Part shown: positions 1 through 13,600 of the stretch, piece after piece
Layout of the letters: every line of letters starts with the position of its first letter
How positions within the stretch are numbered: the stretch's first letter is position 1
NCBI GenBank assembly: GCA_964016885.1
Contig: OZ024741.1
Location: 398,722,001 to 398,786,000 of the forward strand
Reading direction: 5' to 3'
Origin: Eledone cirrhosa
Lineage: Eukaryota
DNA: 64,000 nt
Notes under the pieces: model-generated
Database searches by the model: none
Told to the model about the DNA's origin: nothing
The model's input: only the letters and a program-made list of their open reading frames with translations
Translations under genes and position numbers: made by a program

Positions 1-3000
1 TAACTTAGGCCTGGCCATGTCTAACTTAGTAACAGTCTAACTTAGCCCTGGCCATGTCTAACTTAGTAATAGTCTAACTTAGCCTTGGCCATGTCTAACT
101 TAGTAACAGTCTAACTTAGCCTTGGTCATGTCTAACTTAATAACAGTCTAAATTAGCCCTGGCGATGTCTAACTTAGTAATAGTCTAACTTAGCCCTGAC
201 CATGTCTAACTTAATAACAATCTAACTTAGCCGTGTCCATGTTTAACTTATTAATAGTCTAACTTAGACCTGGCCATGTCTAACTTAATAACAGTCTAAC
301 TCAGCCCTGGCCAGGTCTAACTTAATAAGAGTCTAACTTAGTTCTGGCCATGTCTAACTTAATAACAGTCTAAATTATCCCTGGCCATGTCCAACCTAGT
401 AACAGTCTAACTTAGCCCTGGCCATGTCTAACTTAATAACAGTCTAACTTAGCCCTGGCCATGTCTAACTTAGTAATAGTCTAACTTAGCCTTGGCCATG
501 TCTAACATAGTAACAGTCTAACTTAGCCCTGGCCATGTATAACTTAATAACAGTCTAACTTAGCCCTGGCCATGTCTAACTTAATAACAGTCTAACTGAG
601 CCCTGGCCCTGTCTAACTTAGTAACAGTCTAACTTAGCCTTGGCCATGTCTAACTTAATAACAGTCTAAATTAGCCCTGGCGATGTCTAACTTAGAAATA
701 GTCTAACTTAGCCCTGATCATGTCTAACTTAATAACAGTCTAACTTAGCCCTGGCCATGTCTAACTTAGTAATAGTCTAACTTGGCCTTGGCCATGTCTA
801 ACTTAGTACCAGTCTAACTTAGTCCTGGCCATGTATAACTTAATAACAGTCTAACTTAGCCCTGGCCATGTCTAACTTAATAACAGTCTAACTGAGCCCT
901 GGCCATGTCTAACTTAGTAATAGTCTAACTTGGCCCTGGCCATGTCTAAATTAATAACAGTCTAACTTAGCCCTGGCCATGTCTAACTTAATAACAGTCT
1001 AACTTAACCCTGGCCATGTCTAACCTAATAACAGTCTAACTTAGCCATGGCCATGTCTACCTCAATAACAGTCTAACTTAGCCCTGGCCATGTCTAACTT
1101 ATTAATAGTCTAACTTAGACCTGGCCATGTCTAACATAGTAACAGTCTAACTTAGCCCTGGCCATGTCTAACTTAGTAACAGTCTAACTTAGCCCTGGCC
1201 ATGTCTAACTTAATAACAGTCTAACTTAGCCCTGGCCATGTCTAACTTAGTAACAGTCTAACTTAGCCCTAGCCATGTCTAACTTAGTAATAGTCTAACT
1301 TAGCCTCGGCCATGTCTAACTTAGTAACAGTCTAACTTAGCCTTGGCCATGTCTAAGTTAAAAACAGTCTAAATTAGCCCTGGTCATGTCTAACTTAATA
1401 ACAGTCTAACTTAGCCCTGGCCATGTCTAACTTAATAACAGTCTAACTTAGCCATGGCCATGTCTAACTTAATAACAGTCTAAATTATCCCTGGCCATGT
1501 CTAGCTTAAAAACAATCTAACTTAGCCCTGACCATGTCTAACTTAATAACAGTCTAACTTAGACCTGGCCATGTCTAACTTAGTAACAGTCTAATTTAGC
1601 CCTAGCCATGTCTAACTTAATAACAGTCTAACTTAGCTCTGGCCATGTCTAACTTAGTAACAGTCTAACTTAGCCCTGGCCATGTCTAACTTAATAACAG
1701 TCTAAATTATGCCTGGCCATGTCTAACTTAGTAATAGTGTAACTGAGCCCTGGCCATGTCTAACTTAGTAACAGTCTAACTGAGCCTTGGCCATGTCTAA
1801 CTTAATAACAGTCTAAATTTTCCCTGGCCATGTCTAACTTAGTAATAGTCTAACTTAGTCCTGGCCATGTCTAACTAAATAACAGTCTAACTTAGCCATG
1901 GCCATGTCTAACTTAATAACAGTCTAAATTATCCCTGGCCATGTCTAACTTAGTAACAATCTAACTTAGCCCTGGCCATGTCTAACTTAATAATAGTCTA
2001 ACTCAGCCCTGGCCATGTCTAACCTAATAACAGTTTAAATTATCGCTGGCCATGTCTAATTTAGTAACAGTCTAACTTAGCCCTGACCATGTCTAACTTA
2101 ATAACAGTCTAACTTAGCCCTGGCCATGTCTAACTTAGTAATAGTCTAACTTGGCCTTGGCCATGTCTAACTTAGTACCAGTCTAACTTAGTCCTGGCCA
2201 TGTATAACTTAATAACAGTCTAACTTAGCCCTGGCCATGTCTAACTTAATAAAAGTCTAACTGAGCCCTGGCCATGTCTAACTTAGTAATAGTCTAACTT
2301 AGCCCTGGCCATGTCTAAATTAATAACAGTCTAACTTAGCCCTGGCCATGTCTAACTTAATAACAGTCTAACTTAACCCTGGCCATGTCTAACCTAATAA
2401 CAGTCTAACTTAGCCATGGCGATGTCTAACTCAATAACAGTCTAACTTAGCCCTGGCCATGTCTAACTTATTAATAGTCTAACTTAGACCTGGCCATGTC
2501 TAACATAGTAACAGTCTAACTCAGCCCTGGCCAGGTCTAACTTAATAAGAGTCTAACTTAGCTCTGGCCATGTCTAACTTAGTAACAGTCTAACTTAGCC
2601 TTGGCCATGTCTAACTTAATAACAGTCTAAATTAGCCCTGGCGATGTCTAACTTAGAAATAGTCTAACTTAGCCCTGACCATGTCTAACTTAATAACAGT
2701 CTAACTTAGCTCTGGCCATGTCTAACTTAGTAACAGTCTAAATTATCCCTGGCCATGTCCAACTTAGTAACAGTCTAACTTAGCCCTGGCCATGTCTAAC
2801 TTAATAACAGTCTAACTTAGCCCTGGCCATGTCTAACTTAGTAATAGTCTAACTTGGCCTTGGCCAAGTCTAACTTAGTAACAGTCTAACTTAGCCCTGG
2901 CCATGTATAACTTAATAACAGTCTAACTTAGCCCTGGCCATGTCTAACTTAATAACAGTCTAACTGAGCCCTGGCTATGTCTAACTTAATAATAGTCTAA

Positions 3001-4649
3001 ATTATCCCTGGCCAAGTCAAACTTAGTAACAATCTAACTTAGCCCTGGCCATGTCAAACTTAATAACAGTCTAACTCAGCCCTGGCCATGTCTAACCTAA
3101 TAACAGTTTAAATTATCGCTGGCCATGTCTAACTTAGTAACAGTCTAACTTAGCCCCGGCCATGTCTAACCTAATAACAGTCTAACTTAGCCCTGGCCAT
3201 GTCTAACTTAATAACAATCTTACTTAGACCTGGCCATGTCTAACATAGTAACAGTCTAACTTAGCCTTAGCAATGTCTAACTTAGTAACAGTCTAACTTA
3301 GCCATGGCCATGTCTCACTTAATAACAGTATAACTTAGCCCTGGCCATGTCTAACTTAGTAATAGTCTAACTTAGCCCTGGCCATGTCTAACTTAGTAAC
3401 AGTCTAACTTAGCCCTGGCAATGTATAACTTAATAATAGTCTAACTTAGCCCTGGCCATGTCTAAGTTAATAACAGTCTAACTGGGCCCTGGCAATGTAT
3501 AACTTAATAATAGTCTAACTTAGCCCTGGCCATGTGTAACTTAGTAACAGTCTAACTTAGCCCTGGCCATGTCTAACTTAATAACAGTCTAAATTATCCC
3601 TGGCCATGTCTAACCTAATAACTGTCCAACTTAGACATGGCCATGTCTAACTCAATAAGAGTCTAACATAGCCCTGTCCATGTCTAACATAGTAACAGTC
3701 TAACTTAGCCCTGCCCATGTCTAACTTAGTAATAGTCTAACTTAGCCTTGGCCATGTCTAACTTAATAACAGTCTAACTTAGCCTTGGCCATGTCTAACT
3801 TAATAACAGTCTAAAGTAGCCCTAGCCATGTCTAACTTAGTAATAGTCTACCTTAACCCTGACCATGTCTAACTTAGTAACAGTCTAACTTAGCCCTGGA
3901 CATGTCTAACTTATTAACAGTCTAAATTATCCCTGGCCATGTCTAATTTAGTAACAGTCTAATTTAGCCCTGGCCATGTCTAACTTAGTAACAGTCTAAC
4001 TTAGCCCTGCCCATGTCTAACTTAAAAATTGTCTAAATTATCCCTGGCCATGTCTAACTTAGTAATAGTCTAACTTAGACCTGGCCATGTATAACTTAAT
4101 AACAGTCTAACTTAGCCTTGGCCATGTCTAACTTAATAACAGTCTAAATTAGCCCTAGCCATGTCTAACTTAGTTATAGTCTACCTTAACCTTGACCATG
4201 TCTAACTTAGTAACAGTCTAACTTAGCCCTGGACATGTCTAACTTAGTAATAGTCTAACTTAGTCCTGGCCATGTCTAACTTAGTAACAGTCTAACTTAG
4301 TAACAGTCTAACTTAGGAACAGTCTAACTTAGTAACAGTCTAACTTTGCCATGGCCATGTCTAACTTAATAACAGTCTAACTTAGCTATGGAGATGTCTA
4401 ACTTAATAACATTCTAAATTAGCCCTGACCATGTCTAAATTAGTAAGAGTATAACTTAACCCTGGCCATGTCTAACTAAATAACAGTCTAACTTAGCCCT
4501 GGCCATGTCTAACTTAATAACACTCTAACTTAGCCCTGACCATGTCTAACTTAATAACAGTCTAACTTAGCCCTGGCCATGTCTAACTTAGTAACAGTCT
4601 AACTTAGGCCTGGCCATGTCTAACTTAGTAACAGTCTAACTTAGCCCTG

Positions 4650-7600
4650 GCCATGTCTAACTCAGTAATAGTCTAACTTAGCCTTGGCCATGTCTAACTT
4701 AGTAACAGTCTAACTTAGCCTTGGTCATGTCTAACTTAATAACAGTCTAAATTAGCCCTGGCGATGTCTAACTTAGTAATAGTCTAACTTAGTCCTGACC
4801 ATGTCTAACTTAATAACAATCTAACTTAGCCCTGTCCAGGTCTAACTTATTAATAGTCTAACTTAGACCTGGCCATGTCTAACTTAATAACCGTCTAACT
4901 CAGCGCTGGCCAGGTCTAACTTAATAAGAGTCTAACTTAGTTCTGGCCATGTCTAACTTAGTAACAGTCTAACTTAGCCCTGGCCATGTCTAACTTAATA
5001 ACAGTCTAACTTAGCCCTGGCCATGTCTAATTAGTAATAGTCTAACTTAGCCTTGGCCATGTCTAACTTAATAACAGTCTAACTTAGCCCTGGCCATGTC
5101 TAACTTAATAACAGTCTAACTGAGCCCTGGCCATGTCTAACATAATAACAGTCTAACTTAGCCCTGGCCATGGCTAACATATTAACAGTCTAACTTAGCC
5201 CTGGCCATGTCTAACTTAGTAATAGTCTAACTTAGCTCTGGCCATGTCTAACTGAATAACAGTCTAACTTAGCACTGGCCATGCCTAACTTAGTAATAGT
5301 CTAACTTTGCCCTGGCCATGTCTAACTTAGTAACAGTCTAACTTAGCCCTGGCCATGTATAACTTACTAACAGTCTAACTTAACCCTGGCCATGTCTAAC
5401 CTAATAACAGTCTAACTTAGCCATGGCCATGTCTAACTCAATAACAGTCTAACTTAGCCCTGGCCATGTCTAACATAGTAACAGTCTAACTTAGCCCTGG
5501 CCATGTCTAACTTAGTAATAGTCTAACTTAGCCCTGGCCATGTCTAACTTAATAACAGTCTAAATTAGCTCTGGCCATGTCTAACTTAGTAACAGTCTAA
5601 CTTAGCCCTGGCCATGTCTAACTTAGTAATAGTCTAACTTAGCCTTGGCCATGTCTAACTTAATAACAGTCTAACTTATCCCTGGCAATGTCTCACTTAA
5701 TAACTGTCTAACTTAGCCCTGGCCATGTCTAACTTAATAACAGTCTAACTGAGCCCTGGCCATGTCTAACTTATTAATAGTCTAACTTAGACTTGGCCAT
5801 GTCTCACTTAGTAACAGTCTAACTTAGCACTGACCATGTCTAACATAATAAGAGTCTAACTTAGCCCTGACCATGTCTAACTTAATAACAGTCTAACTTA
5901 GACCTGACCATGTCTAACTTAGTAACAGTCTAACTTAGCCCTTGCCATGTCTAACTTAATAACAGTCTAACTTAGCCCTGGCCATGTCTAACTTAATAAC
6001 AGTCTAACTTAGCCCTGGCCATGTCTAACTTAGTAACAGTCTAACTTAGCCCTGGCCATGTCTAACTTAGTAATAGTCTAACTTAGCCTTGGCCATGTCT
6101 AAGTTAGTAACAGTCTAACTTAGCCTTGGCCATGTCTAACTTAGTAACAGTCTAACTTAGGCCTGGCCATGTATAACTTAGTAACAGACTAACTTAGGCC
6201 TGGCCATGTCTAACTTAGTAACAGTCTAACTTAGCCCTGGCCATGTCTAACTTAGTAATAGTCTAACTTAGCCTTGGCCATGTCTAACTTAGTAACAGTC
6301 TAACTTAGCCTTGGTCATGTCTAACTTAATAACAGTCTAAATTAGCCCTGGCGATGTCTAACTTAGTAATAGTCTAACTTAGCCCTGACCATGTCTAACT
6401 TAATAACAATCTAACTTAGCCGTGTCCATGTTTAACTTATTAATAGTCTAACTTAGACCTGGCCATGTCTAACTTAATAACAGTCTAACTCAGCCCTGGC
6501 CAGGTCTAACTTAATAAGAGTCTAACTTAGTTCTGGCCATGTCTAACTTAATAACAGTCTAAATTATCCCTGGCCATGTCCAACCTAGTAACAGTCTAAC
6601 TTAGCCCTGGCCATGTCTAACTTAATAACAGTCTAACTTAGCCCTGGCCATGTCTAACTTAGTAATAGTCTAACTTAGCCTTGGCCATGTCTAACATAGT
6701 AACAGTCTAACTTAGCCCTGGCCATGTATAACTTAATAACAGTCTAACTTAGCCCTGGCCATGTCTAACTTAATAACAGTCTAAATTAACCCTCTGCGAT
6801 GTCTAACTTAGAAATAGTCTAACTTAGCCCTGATCATGTCTAACTTAATAACAGTCTAACTTAGCCCTGGCCATGTCTAACTTAGTAATAGTCTAACTTG
6901 GCCTTGGCCATGTCTAACTTAGTACCAGTCTAACTTAGTCCTGGCCATGTATAACTTAATAACAGTCTAACTTAGCCCTGGACATGTCTAACTTAATAAC
7001 AGTCTAACTGAGCCCTGGCCATGTCTAACTTAGTAATAGTCTAACTTGGCCCTGGCCATGTCTAAATTAATAACAGTCTAACTTAGCCCTGGCCATGTCT
7101 AACTTAATAACAGTCTAACTTAACCCTGGCCATATCTAACCTAATAACAGTCTAACTTAGCCATGGCCATGTCTAACTCAATAACAGTCTAACTTAGCCC
7201 TGGCCATGTCTAACTTATTAATAGTCTAACTTAGACCTGGCCATGTCTAACATAGTAACAGTCTAACTTAGCCCTGGCCATGTCTAACTTAGTAACAGTC
7301 TAACTTAGCCCTGGCCATGTCTAACTTAATAACAGTCTAACTTAGCCCTGGCCATGTCTAACTTAGTAACAGTCTAACTTAGCCCTAGCCATGTCTAACT
7401 TAGTAATAGTCTAACTTAGCCTCGGCCATGTCTAACTTAGTAACAGTCTAACTTAGCCTTGGCCATGTCTAAGTTAAAAACAGTCTAAATTAGCCCTGGT
7501 CATGTCTAACTTAATAACAGTCTAACTTAGCCCTGGCCATGTCTAACTTAATAACAGTCTAACTTAGCCATGGCCATGTCTAACTTAATAACAGTCTAAA

Positions 7601-10600
7601 TTATCCCTGGCCATGTCTAGCTTAGTAACAATCTAACTTAGCCCTGACCATGTCTAACTTAATAACAGTCTAACTTAGACCTGGCCATGTCTAACTTAGT
7701 AACAGTCTAATTTAGCCCTAGCCATGTCTAACTTAATAACAGTCTAACTTAGCCCTGGCCATGTCTAACTTAGTAACAGTCTAACTTAGCCCTGGCCATG
7801 TCTAACTTAATAACAGTCTAAATTATGCCTGGCCATGTCTAACTTAGTAATAGTGTAACTGAGCCCTGGCCATGTCTAACTTAGTAACAGTCTAACTGAG
7901 CCTTGGCCATGTCTAACTTAATAACAGTCTAAATTTTCCCTGGCCATGTCTAACTTAGTAATAGTCTAACTTAGTCCTGGCCATGTCTAACTAAATAACA
8001 GTCTAACTTAGCCATGGCCATGTCTAACTTAATAACAGTCTAAATTATCCCTGGCCATGTCTAACTTAGTAACAATCTAACTTAGCCCTGGCCATGTCTA
8101 ACTTAATAATAGTCTAACTCAGCCCTGGCCATGTCTAACCTAATAACAGTTTAAATTATCGCTGGCCATGTCTAACTTAGTAACAGTCTAACTTAGCCCT
8201 GACCATGTCTAACTTAATAACAGTCTAACTTAGCCCTGGCCATGTCTAACTTAGTAATAGTCTAACTTGGCCTTGGCCATGTCTAACTTAGTACCAGTCT
8301 AACTTAGTCCTGGCCATGTATAACTTAATAACAGTCTAACTTAGCCCTGGCCATGTCTAACTTAATAAAAGTCTAACTGAGCCCTGGCCATGTCTAACTT
8401 AGTAATAGTCTAACTTAGCCCTGGCCATGTCTAAATTAATAACAGTCTAACTTAGCCCTGGCCATGTCTAACTTAATAACAGTCTAACTTAACCCTGGCC
8501 ATGTCTAACCTAATAACAGTCTAACTTAGCCATGGCGATGTCTAACTCAATAACAGTCTAACTTAGCCCTGGCCATGTCGAACTTATTAATAGTCTAACT
8601 TAGACCTGGCCATGTCTAACATAGTAACAGTCTAACTCAGCCCTGGCCAGGTCTAACTTAATAAGAGTCTAACTTAGCTCTGGCCATGTCTAACTTAGTA
8701 ACAGTCTAACTTAGCCTTGGCCATGTCTAACTTAATAACAGTCTAAATTAGCCCTGGCGATGTCTAACTTAGAAATAGTCTAACTTAGCCCTGACCATGT
8801 CTAACTTAATAACAGTCTAACTTAGCTCTGGCCATGTCTAACTTAGTAACAGTCTAAATTATCCCTGGCCATGTCCAACTTAGTAACAGTCTAACTTAGC
8901 CCTGGCCATGTCTAACTTAATAACAGTCTAACTTAGCCCTGGCCATGTCTAACTTAGTAATAGTCTAACTTGGCCTTGGCCAAGTCTAACTTAGTAACAG
9001 TCTAACTTAGCCCTGGCCATGTATAACTTAATAACAGTCTAACTTAGCTCTGGCCATGTCTAACTTAATAACAGTCTAACTGAGCCCTGGCTATGTCTAA
9101 CTTAATAATAGTCTAAATTATCCCTGGCCAAGTCAAACTTAGTAACAATCTAACTTAGCCCTGGCCATGTCAAACTTAATAACAGTCTAACTCAGCCCTG
9201 GCCATGTCTAACCTAATAACAGTTTAAATTATCGCTGGCCATGTCTAACTTAGTAACAGTCTAACTTAGCCCCGGCCATGTCTAACCTAATAACAGTCTA
9301 ACTTAGCCCTGGCCATGTCTAACTTAATAACAATCTTACTTAGACCTGGCCATGTCTAACATAGTAACAGTCTAACTTAGCCTTAGCAATGTCTAACTTA
9401 GTAACAGTCTAACTTAGCCATGGCCATGTCTCACTTAATAACAGTATAACTTAGCCCTGGCCATGTCTAACTTAGTAACAGTCTAACTTAGCCCTGGACA
9501 TGTCTAACTTAGTAATAGTCTAACTTAGCCCTGGCCATGTCTAACTTAGTAACAGTCTAACTTAGTATCAGTCTAACTTAGACCCGGCCATGTCTAACTT
9601 AGTAACAGTCTAATTTAGCCCTGGCCATGTCTAACTTAGTAACAGTCTAACTTAGTCCTGCCCATGTCTAACTTAAAAACAGTCTAAATTATCCCTGGCC
9701 ATGTCTAACTTAGTAATAGTCTAATTGAGCCCTGGCCATGTCTAACTTATTAATAGTCTAACTTAGCCTTGGCCATGTCTCACTTAGTAACAGTCTAACT
9801 TAGCCATGGCCATGTCTAACTTAATAACAGTCTAAATTAGCCCTGGCCATGTCTAACTTAGTAATAGTCTAACTTAGCCCTGACCATGTCTAACTTAATA
9901 ACAATCTAACTTAACTATGGAGATGTCTAACTTAATAACAGTCTAAATTAGCCCTGGCGATGTCTAACTTAGTAATAGTCTAACTTAGTCCTGACCATGT
10001 CTAACTTAATAACAATCTAACTTAGCCCTGTCCAGGTCTAACTTATTAATAGTCTAACTTAGACCTGGCCATGTCTAACTTAATAACCGTCTAACTCAGC
10101 GCTGGCCAGGTCTAACTTAATAAGAGTCTAACTTAGTTCTGGCCATGTCTAACTTAGTAACAGTCTAACTTTGCCCTGGCCATGTCTAACTTAATAACAG
10201 TCTAACTTAGCCCTGGCCATGTCTAATTAGTAATAGTCTAACTTAGCCTTGGCCATGTCTAACTTAGTAACAGTCTAACTTAGCCCTGGCCATTTAGAAC
10301 TTAATAACAGTCTAACTTAGCCCTGGCCATGTCTAACTTAATAACAGTCTAACTGAACCCTGGCCATGTCTAACATAATAACAGTCTAAATTAGCCCTGG
10401 CGATGTCTAACTTAGAAATAGTCTAACTTAGCCCTGACCATGTCTAACTTAATAACTGTCTAACTTAGCCCTGTCCATGTCTAACTTATTAATAGTCTAA
10501 CTTAGACCTGGCCATGTCTAACTTAATAACAGTCTAACTTAGCCCTGGCCATGTGTAACTTAGTAATAGTCTAACTTGGCCTTGGCCATGTCTTACTTAG

Positions 10601-13600
10601 TAACAGTCTAACTTAGCCCTGGCCATGTATAACTTTATAACAGTCTAACTTAGCCCTGGCCATGTCTAACTTAATAACAGTCTAACTGAGCCCTGGCCAT
10701 GTCTAACTTAGTAACAGTCTAACTTAGCCCTGGCCATGTCTAACTTTGTAATACTCTAACTTAGCCTTGGCCATGTCTAACTTAGTAACAGTCTAACTTA
10801 GCCCTGGTCATGGCTAATATAGTAACAGTCTAACTTAGCCCTGGCCATGTCTAACTTAGTAATAGTCTAACTTAGCTCTGGCCATGTCTAACTGAATAAC
10901 AGTCTAACTTAGCCATGGCCATGTCTAACTCAATAACAGTCTAACTTAGCCCTGGCCATGTCTAACATAGTAACAGTCTAACTTAGCCCTGGCCATGTCT
11001 AACTTAGTAATAGTCTAACTTAGCCCTGGCCATGTCTAACTTAATAACAGTCTAAATTAGCCCTGGCCATGTCTAACTTAATAACAGTCTAACTTATCCC
11101 TGGCAATGTCTCACTTAATAACTGTCTAACTTAGCCCTGGCCATGTCTAACTTAATAACAGTCTAACTGAGCCCTGGCCATGTCTAACTCAGTAATAGTC
11201 TAACTTAGCCTTGGCCATGTCTAACTTAGTAACAGTCTAACTTAGCCTTGGTCATGTCTAACTTAATAACAGTCTAAATTAGCCCTGGCGATGTCTAACT
11301 TAGTAATAGTCTAACTTAGTCCTGACCATGTCTAACTTAATAACAATCTAACTTAGCCCTGTCCAGGTCTAACTTATTAATAGTCTAACTTAGACCTGGC
11401 CATGTCTAACTTAATAACCGTCTAACTCAGCGCTGGCCAGGTCTAACTTAATAAGAGTCTAACTTAGTTCTGGCCATGTCTAACTTAGTAACAGTCTAAC
11501 TTAGCCCTGGCCATGTCTAACTTAATAACAGTCTAACTTAGCCCTGGCCATGTCTAATTAGTAATAGTCTAACTTAGCCTTGGCCATGTCTAACTTAATA
11601 ACAGTCTAACTTAGCCCTGGCCATGTCTAACTTAATAACAGTCTAACTGAGCCCTGGCCATGTCTAACATAATAACAGTCTAACTTAGCCCTGGCCATGG
11701 CTAACATATTAACAGTCTAACTTAGCCCTGGCCATGTCTAACTTAGTAATAGTCTAACTTAGCTCTGGCCATGTCTAACTGAATAACAGTCTAACTTAGC
11801 ACTGGCCATGCCTAACTTAGTAATAGTCTAACTTTGCCCTGGCCATGTCTAACTTAGTAACAGTCTAACTTAGCCCTGGCCATGTATAACTTACTAACAG
11901 TCTAACTTAACCCTGGCCATGTCTAACCTAATAACAGTCTAACTTAGCCATGGCCATGTCTAACTCAATAACAGTCTAACTTAGCCCTGGCCATGTCTAA
12001 CATAGTAACAGTCTAACTTAGCCCTGGCCATGTCTAACTTAGTAATAGTCTAACTTAGCCCTGGCCATGTCTAACTTAATAACAGTCTAAATTAGCTCTG
12101 GCCATGTCTAACTTAGTAACAGTCTAACTTAGCCCTGGCCATGTCTAACTTAGTAATAGTCTAACTTAGCCTTGGCCATGTCTAACTTAATAACAGTCTA
12201 ACTTATCCCTGGCAATGTCTCACTTAATAACTGTCTAACTTAGCCCTGGCCATGTCTAACTTAATAACAGTCTAACTGAGCCCTGGCCATGTCTAACTTA
12301 TTAATAGTCTAACTTAGACTTGGCCATGTCTCACTTAGTAACAGTCTAACTTAGCACTGACCATGTCTAACATAATAAGAGTCTAACTTAGCCCTGACCA
12401 TGTCTAACTTAATAACAGTCTAACTTAGACCTGACCATGTCTAACTTAGTAACAGTCTAACTTAGCCCTTGCCATGTCTAACTTAATAACAGTCTAACTT
12501 AGCCCTGGCCATGTCTAACTTAATAACAGTCTAACTTAGCCCTGGCCATGTCTAACTTAGTAACAGTCTAACTTAGCCCTGGCCATGTCTAACTTAGTAA
12601 TAGTCTAACTTAGCCTTGGCCATGTCTAAGTTAGTAACAGTCTAACTTAGCCTTGGCCATGTCTAACTTAGTAACAGTCTAACTTAGGCCTGGCCATGTA
12701 TAACTTAGTAACAGACTAACTTAGGCCTGGCCATGTCTAACTTAGTAACAGTCTAACTTAGCCCTGGCCATGTCTAACTTAGTAATAGTCTAACTTAGCC
12801 TTGGCCATGTCTAACTTAGTAACAGTCTAACTTAGCCTTGGTCATGTCTAACTTAATAACAGTCTAAATTAGCCCTGGCGATGTCTAACTTAGTAATAGT
12901 CTAACTTAGCCCTGACCATGTCTAACTTCATAACAATCTAACTTAGCCGTGTCCATGTTTAACTTATTAATAGTCTAACTTAGACCTGGCCATGTCTAAC
13001 TTAATAACAGTCTAACTCAGCCCTGGCCAGGTCTAACTTAATAAGAGTCTAACTTAGTTCTGGCCATGTCTAACTTAATAACAGTCTAAATTATCCCTGG
13101 CCATGTCCAACCTAGTAACAGTCTAACTTAGCCCTGGCCATGTCTAACTTAATAACAGTCTAACTTAGCCCTGGCCATGTCTAACTTAGTAATAGTCTAA
13201 CTTAGCCTTGGCCATGTCTAACATAGTAACAGTCTAACTTAGCCCTGGCCATGTATAACTTAATAACAGTCTAACTTAGCCCTGGCCATGTCTAACTTAA
13301 TAACAGTCTAAATTAATCCTGGCGATGTCTAACTTAGAAATAGTCTAACTTAGCCCTGATCATGTCTAACTTAATAACAGTCTAACTTAGCCCTGGCCAT
13401 GTCTAACTTAGTAATAGTCTAACTTGGCCTTGGCCATGTCTAACTTAGTACCAGTCTAACTTAGTCCTGGCCATGTATAACTTAATAACAGTCTAACTTA
13501 GCCCTGGACATGTCTAACTTAATAACAGTCTAACTGAGCCCTGGCCATGTCTAACTTAGTAATAGTCTAACTTGGCCCTGGCCATGTCTAAATTAATAAC

